Source: a candidate division CPR2 bacterium GW2011_GWC2_39_35 | GTDB lineage: Bacteria > Patescibacteriota > CPR2 | Reading direction: 5' to 3' | Length of the DNA stretch: 64,000 bases | NCBI GenBank assembly: GCA_000995065.1 | Contig: LBWX01000001.1 | Location: 31,563-95,562 of the forward strand | In this document: positions 8,261-17,162 of the stretch, one piece after another | Layout of the letters: every line of letters starts with the position of its first letter | Position numbering within the stretch: position 1 is the stretch's first letter | The notes under the pieces: model-generated | Told to the model about the DNA's origin: nothing | What the model saw: the letters and a program-made list of their open reading frames with translations, nothing else | Database searches by the model: none | Made by a program: the position numbers and the translations under genes

Positions 8261-9206
8261 TAAATTTGTACAAGAAGTTAGAAAGTCTAAAAAGATTGCG
8301 GTAATTTCGCATAAGAAACCGGATGGCGATGCCGCGTCTTCTCTGATCGCGTTAGCTCTTATCCTAAACAAAATGGGCAAGCAGGTTATTGCTTTTACAA
8401 AGACGGATATTCATGAGAACTTTCCCTTTTTGCCAGGACTGTTATTTACGAGGGAAGATTTAAATCCGGAAGAATTTGATCTTATTATACTTTTAGATTA
8501 TAACGTTTTAATGAGGGGGGAGTTTGATAAAGAATTATTGGGCTCTAAGACCCCTTTTTTTGTTATCGACCACCATCCGCCCCATCTAGATTCTGAGATC
8601 GAATCTGCCTATATAGATACTACTGCAGCATCAACAACCGAGGTTTTGTATGATGTTGCGCGAATGTTGGATATCGGGATTGATAGGCAAATTGCTACGT
8701 GCTTACTTACCGGACTCGTTACCGATACCAATTCTTTCCAAAATCAAAACACAACCACCAAGACGCTTCAGATTGCAAGCGATCTTTTGAATTTCGGAGG
8801 CAACCTGCAAAAGATCGTAAGAAGCACCTATAAGGTGAAGCCTGTAAAAAATTGGCAGGTGCTTGGTAGGGCTCTAACCGGACTTAGAAGTATCCCAAAA
8901 TATGGTTTAGCTTATACTGTCTTAACCAATGATGACCTAAAGAAATACGAGGCCTCAAAAAGCGAAACAGAAGAAATCTCTAATTTCTTGATTTTAACTT
9001 TAAAAGACGCAAAAATAATCATGGTTTTAATCGAAGAAGAACCGGGTTTTATCAAGGTAAGCATGAGAACAAGAGACCCTAAGATAAATTTAACAGAGAT
9101 AGCTAAGGTTTTTGGCGGAGGAGGGCATCGGGGAGCCTCGGGTTTTTCGATCAACGGAAGTTTCTCTAGGGCAGCCGAGAGCGTACCGGATATAATAAAT
9201 TCTTGA
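8247..9206 (+). CDS. nrnA: DHH/DHHA1 family phosphoesterase (NrnA-like)
   Basis: H..PDGDA, IDHH, TDT..F, GGGGH..ASG; infB-rbfA-DHH synteny. Confidence 0.85.
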   Translation: MKTIDKFVQEVRKSKKIAVISHKKPDGDAASSLIALALILNKMGKQVIAFTKTDIHENFPFLPGLLFTREDLNPEEFDLIILLDYNVLMRGEFDKELLGSKTPFFVIDHHPPHLDSEIESAYIDTTAASTTEVLYDVARMLDIGIDRQIATCLLTGLVTDTNSFQNQNTTTKTLQIASDLLNFGGNLQKIVRSTYKVKPVKNWQVLGRALTGLRSIPKYGLAYTVLTNDDLKKYEASKSETEEISNFLILTLKDAKIIMVLIEEEPGFIKVSMRTRDPKINLTEIAKVFGGGGHRGASGFSINGSFSRAAESVPDIINS

Positions 9207-9249
9207 CTTAAATTTTGGCCTCCCTTATTATTGATTAAGGAGGTTACTA

Positions 9250-9633
9250 ATGGCTGATTCTAAACCATATATATTGATAGTTGAGGATGACCCTTACATT
9301 TTAAAAATGTATGAGTTAAAGTTGGGCATGGCTGGTTACGACGTGAAAACAGCCATTAATGGTCGATTAGGCTTGGACAAAGTAAGGGAAAAGAAGCCTG
9401 ATCTTATTTTGCTCGACATCTTAATGCCGGAAATGGATGGTTTTGAGGTCCTGGAGCACTTAAAAGGTGATCCGGATACCAAAGGCGTTCCTGTGCTGGT
9501 ATTAAGCAACCTAGGACAGGAAGACCACATAAATAAAGCTATGAGTTTTGGTGTGCAGGGATTCATTGTAAAAAGCCAATATACGCCTTCCCAAGTAGTA
9601 GAAACTATTAAGGGCGTAATTAAAAAGAAATAA
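9250..9633 (+). CDS. Single-domain response regulator receiver protein
   Basis: IVEDD, LLDILMPEMDG, VLSN, FIVK. Confidence 0.92.
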   Translation: MADSKPYILIVEDDPYILKMYELKLGMAGYDVKTAINGRLGLDKVREKKPDLILLDILMPEMDGFEVLEHLKGDPDTKGVPVLVLSNLGQEDHINKAMSFGVQGFIVKSQYTPSQVVETIKGVIKKK

Positions 9634-9695
9634 TTTTAGATTAAAAAAGATTCTTCCTATATAATAGAAGGATCTTTATTAATTTTGAGGTTTTT

Positions 9696-10283
9696 ATGAT
9701 AAAGACATTAATGTTCGACAATTGTGGTGTAATTACAACTGGCGATCCTGAATGCGGATATCGAAACATTGCAGAGTTTTTAGGTATCAGTGAGGATAAA
9801 TTAATACCTGTCTGGGAGAATTTGGGTACAGATCTTGACGAGGGACTAATAACTACCGAAGACTTTCATATAAAGGCGCTGATGGCTTTGGGCGTTAGTA
9901 AAGATGTAGCTGAATTAAGAAAAGTACATTTAAGAAGTTATTATGTAAAAGAAGATGTCAAGGATTTGGTCGAACTTTTAAAACATAGCTATGGTGTTGT
10001 ATTGCTCACAAACTTTGGCGATGCTTTTGATGAGTGCAACCAGAATTGGAAATTAGATAAAATATTCGGCGACAAAATCTTTGTTTCTGCAAAACTAAAA
10101 ATGCGAAAGCCCAATGAGGATATTTATAAATATATTTTAGAAAAATTAAGCTTAAATGCTAACGAAACGGTCTTTATTGACGACAATATTGAGAATATTC
10201 AAACTTCCCGAAACATAGGCATGAGTGGAATTTTATTTGAGTCTCTGGATCAACTCAAAAAGGATCTTCGCGAGTTACTATAA
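9696..10283 (+). CDS. HAD family hydrolase (Ia, YihX-like)
   Basis: MFDNCGV, LLTN, KP...IY, FIDD..EN. Confidence 0.88.
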   Translation: MIKTLMFDNCGVITTGDPECGYRNIAEFLGISEDKLIPVWENLGTDLDEGLITTEDFHIKALMALGVSKDVAELRKVHLRSYYVKEDVKDLVELLKHSYGVVLLTNFGDAFDECNQNWKLDKIFGDKIFVSAKLKMRKPNEDIYKYILEKLSLNANETVFIDDNIENIQTSRNIGMSGILFESLDQLKKDLRELL

Positions 10284-10293
10284 ATAGGCTTAA

Positions 10294-11205
10294 TTAAGTT
10301 AGCTGAGATTCGTTAATGCTTCTGTATCCATTAATAAAATCCTTTGAGTTCATTGGATTTTTGCCGGCGGGCTGAATTTCTAGGATTTTTAGAGCAAAAC
10401 TTTTAGTACCGATATATAAATCGCCATTTTCTATCATTACTTTGCCTGCCTCCAGGGTCTTATCGGACACCTCGGCTTTTAAGACGTTTAGTCTTACTTC
10501 TTGCCAGAATGTAAAGGCCAGGGGCCAAGGATAAAAAGCCCTAATCTCTCTTTCTATTTTATCGGCTTTTTTATTCCAGTTTATATGTCCGTCTTCTTTA
10601 TTTATAATCTTGGTGTAAGTTGCCTGAGATTCTTCTTGGGGGTTTGGGACTAGGTTTTTAAAATCATTGATGGTTTTTAATAGTAAGTTAGAGCCATCCT
10701 CAGAAAGATTTTTGGTGAGTGTTTGGGTGGTGTCTGCGGGTGATATTGGAATTCTCGATTGGCTTAATATTGATCCCGCATCCATTTTTGTAGAGATAAT
10801 CATGATCGTGTTTCCCGTTTCTTTGTCGCCATTTAAGATAGCTGCAAGAACAGGGGATGGGCCGCGGTATTTTGGCAAAAGTGAGGGATGAACATTTAAA
10901 GTTGTATATTCTGGTAAATCTAGGATCTCTTGGGGCAGATACTTACCATAAACGGCAACCACAAAAAAGTCAGCTTTTAGCGCCTTGAGATCATCTTCTA
11001 TTCCGCTGACCCTCAAGGGTGTTAAAACATCAATATTTTTATTTAGCGCGAACTCTTTTACCGGAGATGGTACTAGCTTTTTACTCCGACCATGAGGCTT
11101 GTCCGGCTGAGTTACGACGCAGATCACTTGGTGCTCACTTAATAAGTTATTAAGAATATGCTGTGCAAAATCTGATGTTCCAAAAAAGACGATTCTGTAT
11201 TTCAT
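10294..11205 (-). CDS. fmt: Methionyl-tRNA formyltransferase
   Basis: FFGTSDFA, VVTQPDKP.GR, NVHPSLLPKYRGPSP, MDAG. Confidence 0.97.
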   Translation of the reverse strand: MKYRIVFFGTSDFAQHILNNLLSEHQVICVVTQPDKPHGRSKKLVPSPVKEFALNKNIDVLTPLRVSGIEDDLKALKADFFVVAVYGKYLPQEILDLPEYTTLNVHPSLLPKYRGPSPVLAAILNGDKETGNTIMIISTKMDAGSILSQSRIPISPADTTQTLTKNLSEDGSNLLLKTINDFKNLVPNPQEESQATYTKIINKEDGHINWNKKADKIEREIRAFYPWPLAFTFWQEVRLNVLKAEVSDKTLEAGKVMIENGDLYIGTKSFALKILEIQPAGKNPMNSKDFINGYRSINESQLT

Positions 11206-11721
11206 TTAAACCTTCTTTTCTAGAACTAATTTTCCTCGACTGTTTAAAGTGTATATTTGGGAAGAGTCTTTTAAATAGTCTGTAAACAAAATTCCGTTTA
11301 AGTGGTCGATTTCGTGTTGAAGAATTCTTGCAAACATTCCCTCGGCAGCAATTTTAATATCCTTGCCCTCAAGGTTTTTAGCTTTAACTTTTATGCTCTT
11401 AGAGCGCATAATCATACCGTATTTTTTGGGAACACTCATACAGCCTTCTAAATCTTCATTTTCGGTTTTTGACTTCTTAATGATGATGGGATTAATAAGG
11501 GCGATATATTCCTCGTCTTCTTTTAAAACAATCATTCTTTTGGGGATGCCAATCTGAACGGCAGCTAAAGCAACTCCGGCCTCATATTCCGAAGAATAGG
11601 ATTCGATGGTGTCAGCCATTTCGTGAGCGAGTTCTAAAATTTCCGAGTTAATATCATTTATTTCTTCAGATTTTGATCTGAGTATTTTGTCGGGTAATGT
11701 AATTATTTTTTTTGCAGCCAT
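11206..11721 (-). CDS. def: Peptide deformylase
   Basis: GVALAAVQIG, EGCMS, QHEIDHLNG; start placed at MAAKK after GAGG. Confidence 0.96.
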   Translation of the reverse strand: MAAKKIITLPDKILRSKSEEINDINSEILELAHEMADTIESYSSEYEAGVALAAVQIGIPKRMIVLKEDEEYIALINPIIIKKSKTENEDLEGCMSVPKKYGMIMRSKSIKVKAKNLEGKDIKIAAEGMFARILQHEIDHLNGILFTDYLKDSSQIYTLNSRGKLVLEKKV

Positions 11722-11728
11722 ATTTACC

Positions 11729-13690
11729 TCATAATAAGATGTTCTGGGGATCAATATCGATTGAACCTTCGACTCGATGGGAATAATCGCCTAAGAAATC
11801 ATTCAATTCGCTCTCTTTAAGCTTTAGAACTAATAAATAACGGTAGCTATTGTTAATCTTAGGAATAAATGATGGAATGGGCCCTAAAACGTTAAATTTC
11901 GTTTCTAAAAGTCTTTTGTCCTTTGTGGCAGCCAAAAGAGCATCTTTTTGAACTATATTATTATACAGGATTTTTACTAAATTTACAAAGGGGGGATAAT
12001 TGTGATCTTTTCTTATTAGCAACTCCTCGTCATAAAAGTCCCGGGTAAGGTTTTTGGCGGCATATTTTATGGCTTTGTTGTCGGGATTATAAGTTTGAAT
12101 GACGACCCTACCGGGTTTGTCGATGCCACGGCCGGCCCTGCCGGAAACCTGAGTAATAAGCTGAAATGTTCTCTCTTCGGCCCTAAAATCAGGCACAAAT
12201 AAAGTACTATCAGCTGAGATAATTCCCACCAGACTGACGTTTTCGATATCCCATCCTTTAGCGATCATTTGAGTGCCGATTAGGATGTCTGTCTCATGAT
12301 TTTTAAAAGATGAATAAATTTTTTCATGAGAATCTCTTTTTTTAGTGCTGTCTTTATCCATTCTTAGGATGCGGGCTGAGGGGAAAAGCTTATTTAGCTC
12401 ATTCTCTACTTTCTGAGTTCCGGTGCCAAAAAACTTAATATAGGGACCTTTGCAGTTTGGGCAGGTTGTTGGCGGATTGGCTTCGGCTGAGCAGTGGTGG
12501 CAGATAAGTTTATTAGTCAAAAGATGATAGATATACGGGATATCGCAATTAGGACACATAAAAACAAAGCCGCAATCACGGCAAAGCACAAAAGTGGAAG
12601 CGCCACGACGGTTTAGAAATAGAACAATTTGTTCTTTTTTGGCTAATGTTTCTCTTATTTTCCGCGTCAGAATTTCGGAAAAAATACTTTTATTGCCTTT
12701 TTTAAATTCGTCTCTTAGGTCGACGATGGTAGTTTGAGGGAGTAAGCTCTTGGTTGCTCTTTTGGTAAGGTTCAGCATCTTAAAATTATCATTTTTTGCG
12801 TAATAATAAGATTCTAGGGAGGGAGTGGCTGATCCTAAAATAACGGCTGATCCTAAAATTTTTTGTATTTCTAAGGCAATAGTTCTTGTCTGATATCTGG
12901 GCGTCTGGTCTTGTTTAAAGGAATTCTCTTGCTCTTCGTCGATAACAATTAAGCCTAAATTTTTCAGCGGTGCAAAAATAGCAGACCTAGATCCGATGAC
13001 AATCGGTTTTTCGTTGTTATGAATTTTCTGCCAGGTTTTAAACTTTTCCGTTTCTTTTAACTTGGAGTGCCAGACAGCAATCTTTCCCGGAAAACGGCTT
13101 TCGAAAACGGAATAAGTTTGAGGGGTAAGAGAAATTTCAGGGACCAGCACAATCACTTGTTTCCCTCTATTTAAAACCTCTTCTATGGCGCGAAGATAAA
13201 CCTCAGTTTTTCCGGAGCCGGTGATTCCCATCAGAAGGAAAGTCTTAGATAAATCTTCGGTAATGCTCTTCTTAATTTCATTAAAGGCATATTGTTGCTC
13301 GGGATTTAGCTTATGAAAGTCTGTCTTCTTAATTTCCTTTTCTTTCGTTTCTTTTGCTTGCCTATTTTTACTAAATGAATTAAAAGGAATTACGGTGCCA
13401 AGCGATTGTCTAAGGGAAGAAACGCAATTAGTTTGAAGAAAAAAAATAATTTTAATTAGATGAGCGGGGATTGGGTTTTCTTCGACGATAGTTTGGATAT
13501 CCTTGGTGCTAAAGGCAGGTTTTTCATTCGTAATTTTAATTACTAACCCCTTTAATTTGCGCTTATTAAAAAAGACCGTAACAATTTGGCCAACTTTAAT
13601 GTTGCTTCTCAGTTCTGGCGGTACGCCATAAGTAAATAGATCGTTATTATTTTTGGTATAGGTGAAGACCGCAATCTGAGCATAAATCAT
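11729..13690 (-). CDS. priA: Primosomal protein N' (replication restart helicase)
   Basis: GITGSGKTEVY, IDEEQE, LGSATPS, Cys cluster, GTQMIAKG, QVSGRAGR. Confidence 0.97.
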   Translation of the reverse strand: MIYAQIAVFTYTKNNNDLFTYGVPPELRSNIKVGQIVTVFFNKRKLKGLVIKITNEKPAFSTKDIQTIVEENPIPAHLIKIIFFLQTNCVSSLRQSLGTVIPFNSFSKNRQAKETKEKEIKKTDFHKLNPEQQYAFNEIKKSITEDLSKTFLLMGITGSGKTEVYLRAIEEVLNRGKQVIVLVPEISLTPQTYSVFESRFPGKIAVWHSKLKETEKFKTWQKIHNNEKPIVIGSRSAIFAPLKNLGLIVIDEEQENSFKQDQTPRYQTRTIALEIQKILGSAVILGSATPSLESYYYAKNDNFKMLNLTKRATKSLLPQTTIVDLRDEFKKGNKSIFSEILTRKIRETLAKKEQIVLFLNRRGASTFVLCRDCGFVFMCPNCDIPYIYHLLTNKLICHHCSAEANPPTTCPNCKGPYIKFFGTGTQKVENELNKLFPSARILRMDKDSTKKRDSHEKIYSSFKNHETDILIGTQMIAKGWDIENVSLVGIISADSTLFVPDFRAEERTFQLITQVSGRAGRGIDKPGRVVIQTYNPDNKAIKYAAKNLTRDFYDEELLIRKDHNYPPFVNLVKILYNNIVQKDALLAATKDKRLLETKFNVLGPIPSFIPKINNSYRYLLVLKLKESELNDFLGDYSHRVEGSIDIDPQNILL

Positions 13691-13824
13691 GAGCACATGA
13701 TAGCATGATAAGAGCTCGAATGCCATTAGTAAGAGGGACTTATACGAGATACTAGATACTATTTTATCTCTTTACTTTTCCCTAAAATTTGCCTATGATA
13801 TCTCATGATTAATTAAAGGCAGAT

Positions 13825-15132
13825 ATGAAAAGAAGATGGCTAAAAATAGTAGGAATTTTTTTGTTGGCAGCAATATGTTTTGTAGCCGCATCTCCCCAGT
13901 CCGTTAGAGACAAAATGAAAATAAGAATGTTAAAGCCGGTCCATTTACGGCTAGGACTTGATCTTCAGGGTGGTTCACACATTGCCTATGAAGCGGATTT
14001 AAGCAAGTTTAAGGACGTGTCGGAAAAAGAAAGGGCCATGGAAAGCCTGAGAAATGTGGTTGATAAAAGAGTTAATGCGCTTGGAGTGGCAGAACCAAAT
14101 ATTTATACAACTAAATTTGGTGATAATAGGCGTATAATAATAGAGCTTCCTGGAATTGATGTAAATCAGGCTAAAGATCTAATTGGTAAGACGGCAAAAA
14201 TGAAATTTAAGACCCAAATGAATGAAGAAGGAACAATGTGGCAGGATACGGATCTAGAAGGCAAAAATTTAAAGAAAGCCACCGTGCAAAATGATCCGCA
14301 AACGAATTCGCCGGAAGTGGCCATAGAATTTGATTCCGAAGGAGCCACCAAATTCGGAGACCTCACCAAAAATAATTTAGGTAAAAGAATTGGAATATTT
14401 TTAGATGACGAGATCGTATCTGCACCGACAGTGCAGGCAGAAATTAGAGATGGTCATGCTGTCATTTCTGGAAAATTCGATTATAAAGAAGCCAATGATT
14501 TAAAAATTCAGCTTAATGCAGGCGCCCTACCCGTTGATATCAAATTAGTCGAAGAAAGAACTGTAGGTGCGACATTGGGTCAGGAATCGGTTAGAAAAAG
14601 TTTTTTTGCCGGCACTATTGCCTTGCTTGTCATTTTTATGTTTATGACTATTTATTATAGATTCCCAGGCTTTATTGCTTCTGTAGCTTTGGGTATCTAC
14701 ACCCTAATTGTAATCGCGATCTTTAAGGGCGCTTTTTACATTTTTCCGCCAGTTACGCTCACTTTAGCAGGAATTGCGGCCTTTATCTTGTCTATCGGCA
14801 TGGCCGTCGATGCTAATATCTTGATTTTCGAAAGAATGAAAGAGGAATTTAGGTTAGGAAAGGGTTATGGAGCAGCCTTAGATGCCGGTTTTAAGAGGGC
14901 ATGGCCGTCTATAAAGGATTCAAATATCGCAACGTTTATTACTTGTGCGATCCTTATGGCTTTTGGGTCCACAGTTATTAAGGGCTTTGCCTATACGCTT
15001 TTAATAGGGGTTGCCGTATCGATGTTTACTGCGATCACAATCACCAGAACATTTTTAAAGGCATTTATTAATACCAGAATTTCCAAAAATCCAAAATTAT
15101 TTGGCTTTGCAATAGAAAAGGGAGAGAAATAA
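13825..15132 (+). CDS. secD: Protein translocase subunit SecD
   Basis: LGLDLQGG, RVNALGVAEP, GALP, IGMAVDANILIFER, DSN. Confidence 0.97.
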   Translation: MKRRWLKIVGIFLLAAICFVAASPQSVRDKMKIRMLKPVHLRLGLDLQGGSHIAYEADLSKFKDVSEKERAMESLRNVVDKRVNALGVAEPNIYTTKFGDNRRIIIELPGIDVNQAKDLIGKTAKMKFKTQMNEEGTMWQDTDLEGKNLKKATVQNDPQTNSPEVAIEFDSEGATKFGDLTKNNLGKRIGIFLDDEIVSAPTVQAEIRDGHAVISGKFDYKEANDLKIQLNAGALPVDIKLVEERTVGATLGQESVRKSFFAGTIALLVIFMFMTIYYRFPGFIASVALGIYTLIVIAIFKGAFYIFPPVTLTLAGIAAFILSIGMAVDANILIFERMKEEFRLGKGYGAALDAGFKRAWPSIKDSNIATFITCAILMAFGSTVIKGFAYTLLIGVAVSMFTAITITRTFLKAFINTRISKNPKLFGFAIEKGEK

Positions 15133-16043
15133 TGAACATTATGGGCAAAAGAAAGTTTTTGTATATTTTATCTCTAGCAATAATTATTCCGGGCATAATA
15201 GCCTTATTGTTATGGGGACTTAAACTATCGATTGATTTTACGGGCGGGACCTTACTTGAGATAGCAGGAACACAGGATGTAAATGCGGTGAAGGTGATAG
15301 CCGACGAAAACAAGTTCGAAAATACGATTATTACAACTTCAGGCGACCTTGTAGTCTTAAAGGCGAAAGAAATTCCTGATGCAACACATCGAAAGTTTAT
15401 TGAAGATCTAAAAGTAAAGATACCGGGAGCTACGGAAAACCGTTTTGAGAGCGTTGGTCCGACTATGTCTAAAACTATTACTAAGAATGCTTTTTATTCC
15501 GTAGGATTAGCCTCGATATTTATAGTAATTTACCTAGCTTACGCATTTAAAAAGGTATCTAAACCTCTAAGCCCTTGGGAGTTTGGAATTATGGCCGTAG
15601 TTGCCTTAATTCACGATGCTTTGGTAGTAGTTGGCGTATTTGCAATCTTTGGTCACTTTTTGCATATCGAAATTGATAGCATGTTCATTACCGCAATTCT
15701 TACCATTATTGGTTTTTCGGTACATGATACCATCGTAGTGTATGACAGAATCAGGGAAAAAGCCCTAAAAGAAGGCGTCGATAATTTTGAAAGCTTGGTA
15801 AATAGAAGCATTTTGGAGACTTTTTCTAGATCGATTAACACTTCGATGACGGTAATTATGACTTTGCTTGTAATCTATTTATTCGGCGGAGCAACAATCA
15901 AGCATTTTATTCTAGCGCTTCTTATTGGTATAACAGCTGGTACATATTCTTCAATCTTTGTTGCCAGCGCTCTTCTTGTAGAATCATTTAATCTAAAACA
16001 AAAATTAAGAGGAAGAGCTAAATGGAAGCAAAAAACTGCATAA
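15132..16043 (+). CDS. secF: Protein translocase subunit SecF
   Basis: IDFTGG, ESVGP, HD, GFSVHDTIVVYDRIRE, RSINTS, GTYSSIF. Confidence 0.97.
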   Translation: MNIMGKRKFLYILSLAIIIPGIIALLLWGLKLSIDFTGGTLLEIAGTQDVNAVKVIADENKFENTIITTSGDLVVLKAKEIPDATHRKFIEDLKVKIPGATENRFESVGPTMSKTITKNAFYSVGLASIFIVIYLAYAFKKVSKPLSPWEFGIMAVVALIHDALVVVGVFAIFGHFLHIEIDSMFITAILTIIGFSVHDTIVVYDRIREKALKEGVDNFESLVNRSILETFSRSINTSMTVIMTLLVIYLFGGATIKHFILALLIGITAGTYSSIFVASALLVESFNLKQKLRGRAKWKQKTA

Positions 16044-16684
16044 TCGGGCCATTATATAAGAATTTAAATGATAAAGATATAAGCCTTATCCTGTCCAAAG
16101 GGATTCAGAAAAACTATAAAAAAGGCGAAACTATTGTGTACCCGGGCGAAACATCGTCCAGGATTTTTATTTTGAAAAAGGGGCAAGTAAAAATTACCCA
16201 GTTATCCAGAGAAGGAAAAAAGTTTATTTTGGAAATCGTAAGGCCTGGTGGGATTTTTTCGAGTGAGGGCTTTGGTCTATTTCATAAAGGGGATTTTAAG
16301 GACTTTGTCGAAGTGGATAAGAATTCCGAGGTTTGCGAAATTACAAAAGATGATTTTGTTTTGCTTCTAAAGGAAATACCGAGCTTATCTTTAAATCTCA
16401 TTGATATCTTGGCCGAAAAACTTAATCTAGCGGATAATAAATTAAGAGATATTGCTCTTTTAGACGTAAAGAGCCGTTTAAAACATGAGTTAATTCATAT
16501 CGCAAGAACCATCGGTTTTGATAAAGGCGAATTTTATGTCATACGAGAAAAATTTACGCACGAACAATTGGGAGAAATGCTTGGTACCTCGAGGGAGACC
16601 ATTACTAAATCTATGAGTGAATTAAAAAAAGAGGGATTTGTTTCTTATGACGATCTAAATAGAATTATTATTAAACACAAGTAA
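16022..16684 (+). CDS. Crp/Fnr family transcriptional regulator
   Basis: cNMP-binding-like N-terminal domain; C-terminal HTH THEQLGEMLGTSRETIT with the CRP-type RE recognition pair. Confidence 0.92.
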   Translation: MEAKNCIIGPLYKNLNDKDISLILSKGIQKNYKKGETIVYPGETSSRIFILKKGQVKITQLSREGKKFILEIVRPGGIFSSEGFGLFHKGDFKDFVEVDKNSEVCEITKDDFVLLLKEIPSLSLNLIDILAEKLNLADNKLRDIALLDVKSRLKHELIHIARTIGFDKGEFYVIREKFTHEQLGEMLGTSRETITKSMSELKKEGFVSYDDLNRIIIKHK

Positions 16685-16705
16685 TTCTTAAAAATCTTTG
16701 TTTTT

Positions 16706-16748
16706 TGTGATTTAGATCACTGACAAACCCTAAACTCTATATTATATT
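16706..16748 (+). promoter_or_regulatory. CRP-type operator overlapping a promoter (class II geometry)
   Basis: TGTGA-tttaga-TCACT (16706-16721); -35 CTGACA (16720-16725), 17 bp, -10 TATATT (16743-16748). Confidence 0.75.
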
Positions 16749-16754
16749 TACATT

Positions 16755-16895
16755 AACCTAATCTTAGCCAGAAGTTTTAAAAGATCCGACAAGTTGTAAA
16801 AATAAAAGTTCAATCTTTCGCGCTTAGCCGTGGCTAGCCGAAGTAGAACAATAATTTAATTAAGGGGTCTTGAATAAATCTTCTAGCAAGTTTGG
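16755..16895 (+). ncRNA. ssrS: 6S RNA-like RNA
   Basis: Closing stem (AGAAG/CTTCT, AAGATCC/GGGTCTT), A/U-rich central bubble, apical stem (GTTC/GAAC, TTCG/CGAA, AGCC/GGCT); bubble flanks GATCCGA and AAGGGGTC resemble E. coli 6S GAGCCGA and AAGGGTTC. Confidence 0.6.
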
Positions 16896-16928
16896 CGAGT
16901 AATAAATAAGTATAACCCAAGGGGGATG

Positions 16929-16959
16929 AAAGTCCCGATTCCAAAAGGATCGGGACTTT
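16929..16959 (+). terminator. Hairpin terminator after the 6S-like RNA
   Basis: AAAGTCCCGAT-N9-ATCGGGACTTT. Confidence 0.7.
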
Positions 16960-17046
16960 ATGTTACAATGATTCAATTTATAAATCTTTGTAACTAGTAA
17001 GGGGGTTTGAAAATGAGATACTTTAAAACTCAATGATAATTATAAA

Positions 17047-17143
17047 AAATGAAAATTAGAAATTTTAGGATGTGGGATTTTATTGGGTCAATTAGGATTT
17101 AGATTTTAGATATTCATTTTTTGATCTTTAGTCTTCATTCTTT
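17047..17143. repeat. Degenerate heptamer-periodic intergenic element
   Basis: AAAATGAAAATTAG...GGATTT AGATTTT AGATATT CATTTTT TGATCTT TAGTCTT CATTCTT. Confidence 0.5.
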
Positions 17144-17162
17144 AGCTGCTATACTATGCTTT

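Noticed and set aside
16926-17035. Short ORFs MKVPIPKGSG... and MRYFKTQ after the 6S-like RNA
   Set aside because: The first has an SD too close to the ATG and runs through the terminator hairpin; the second is only 7 codons
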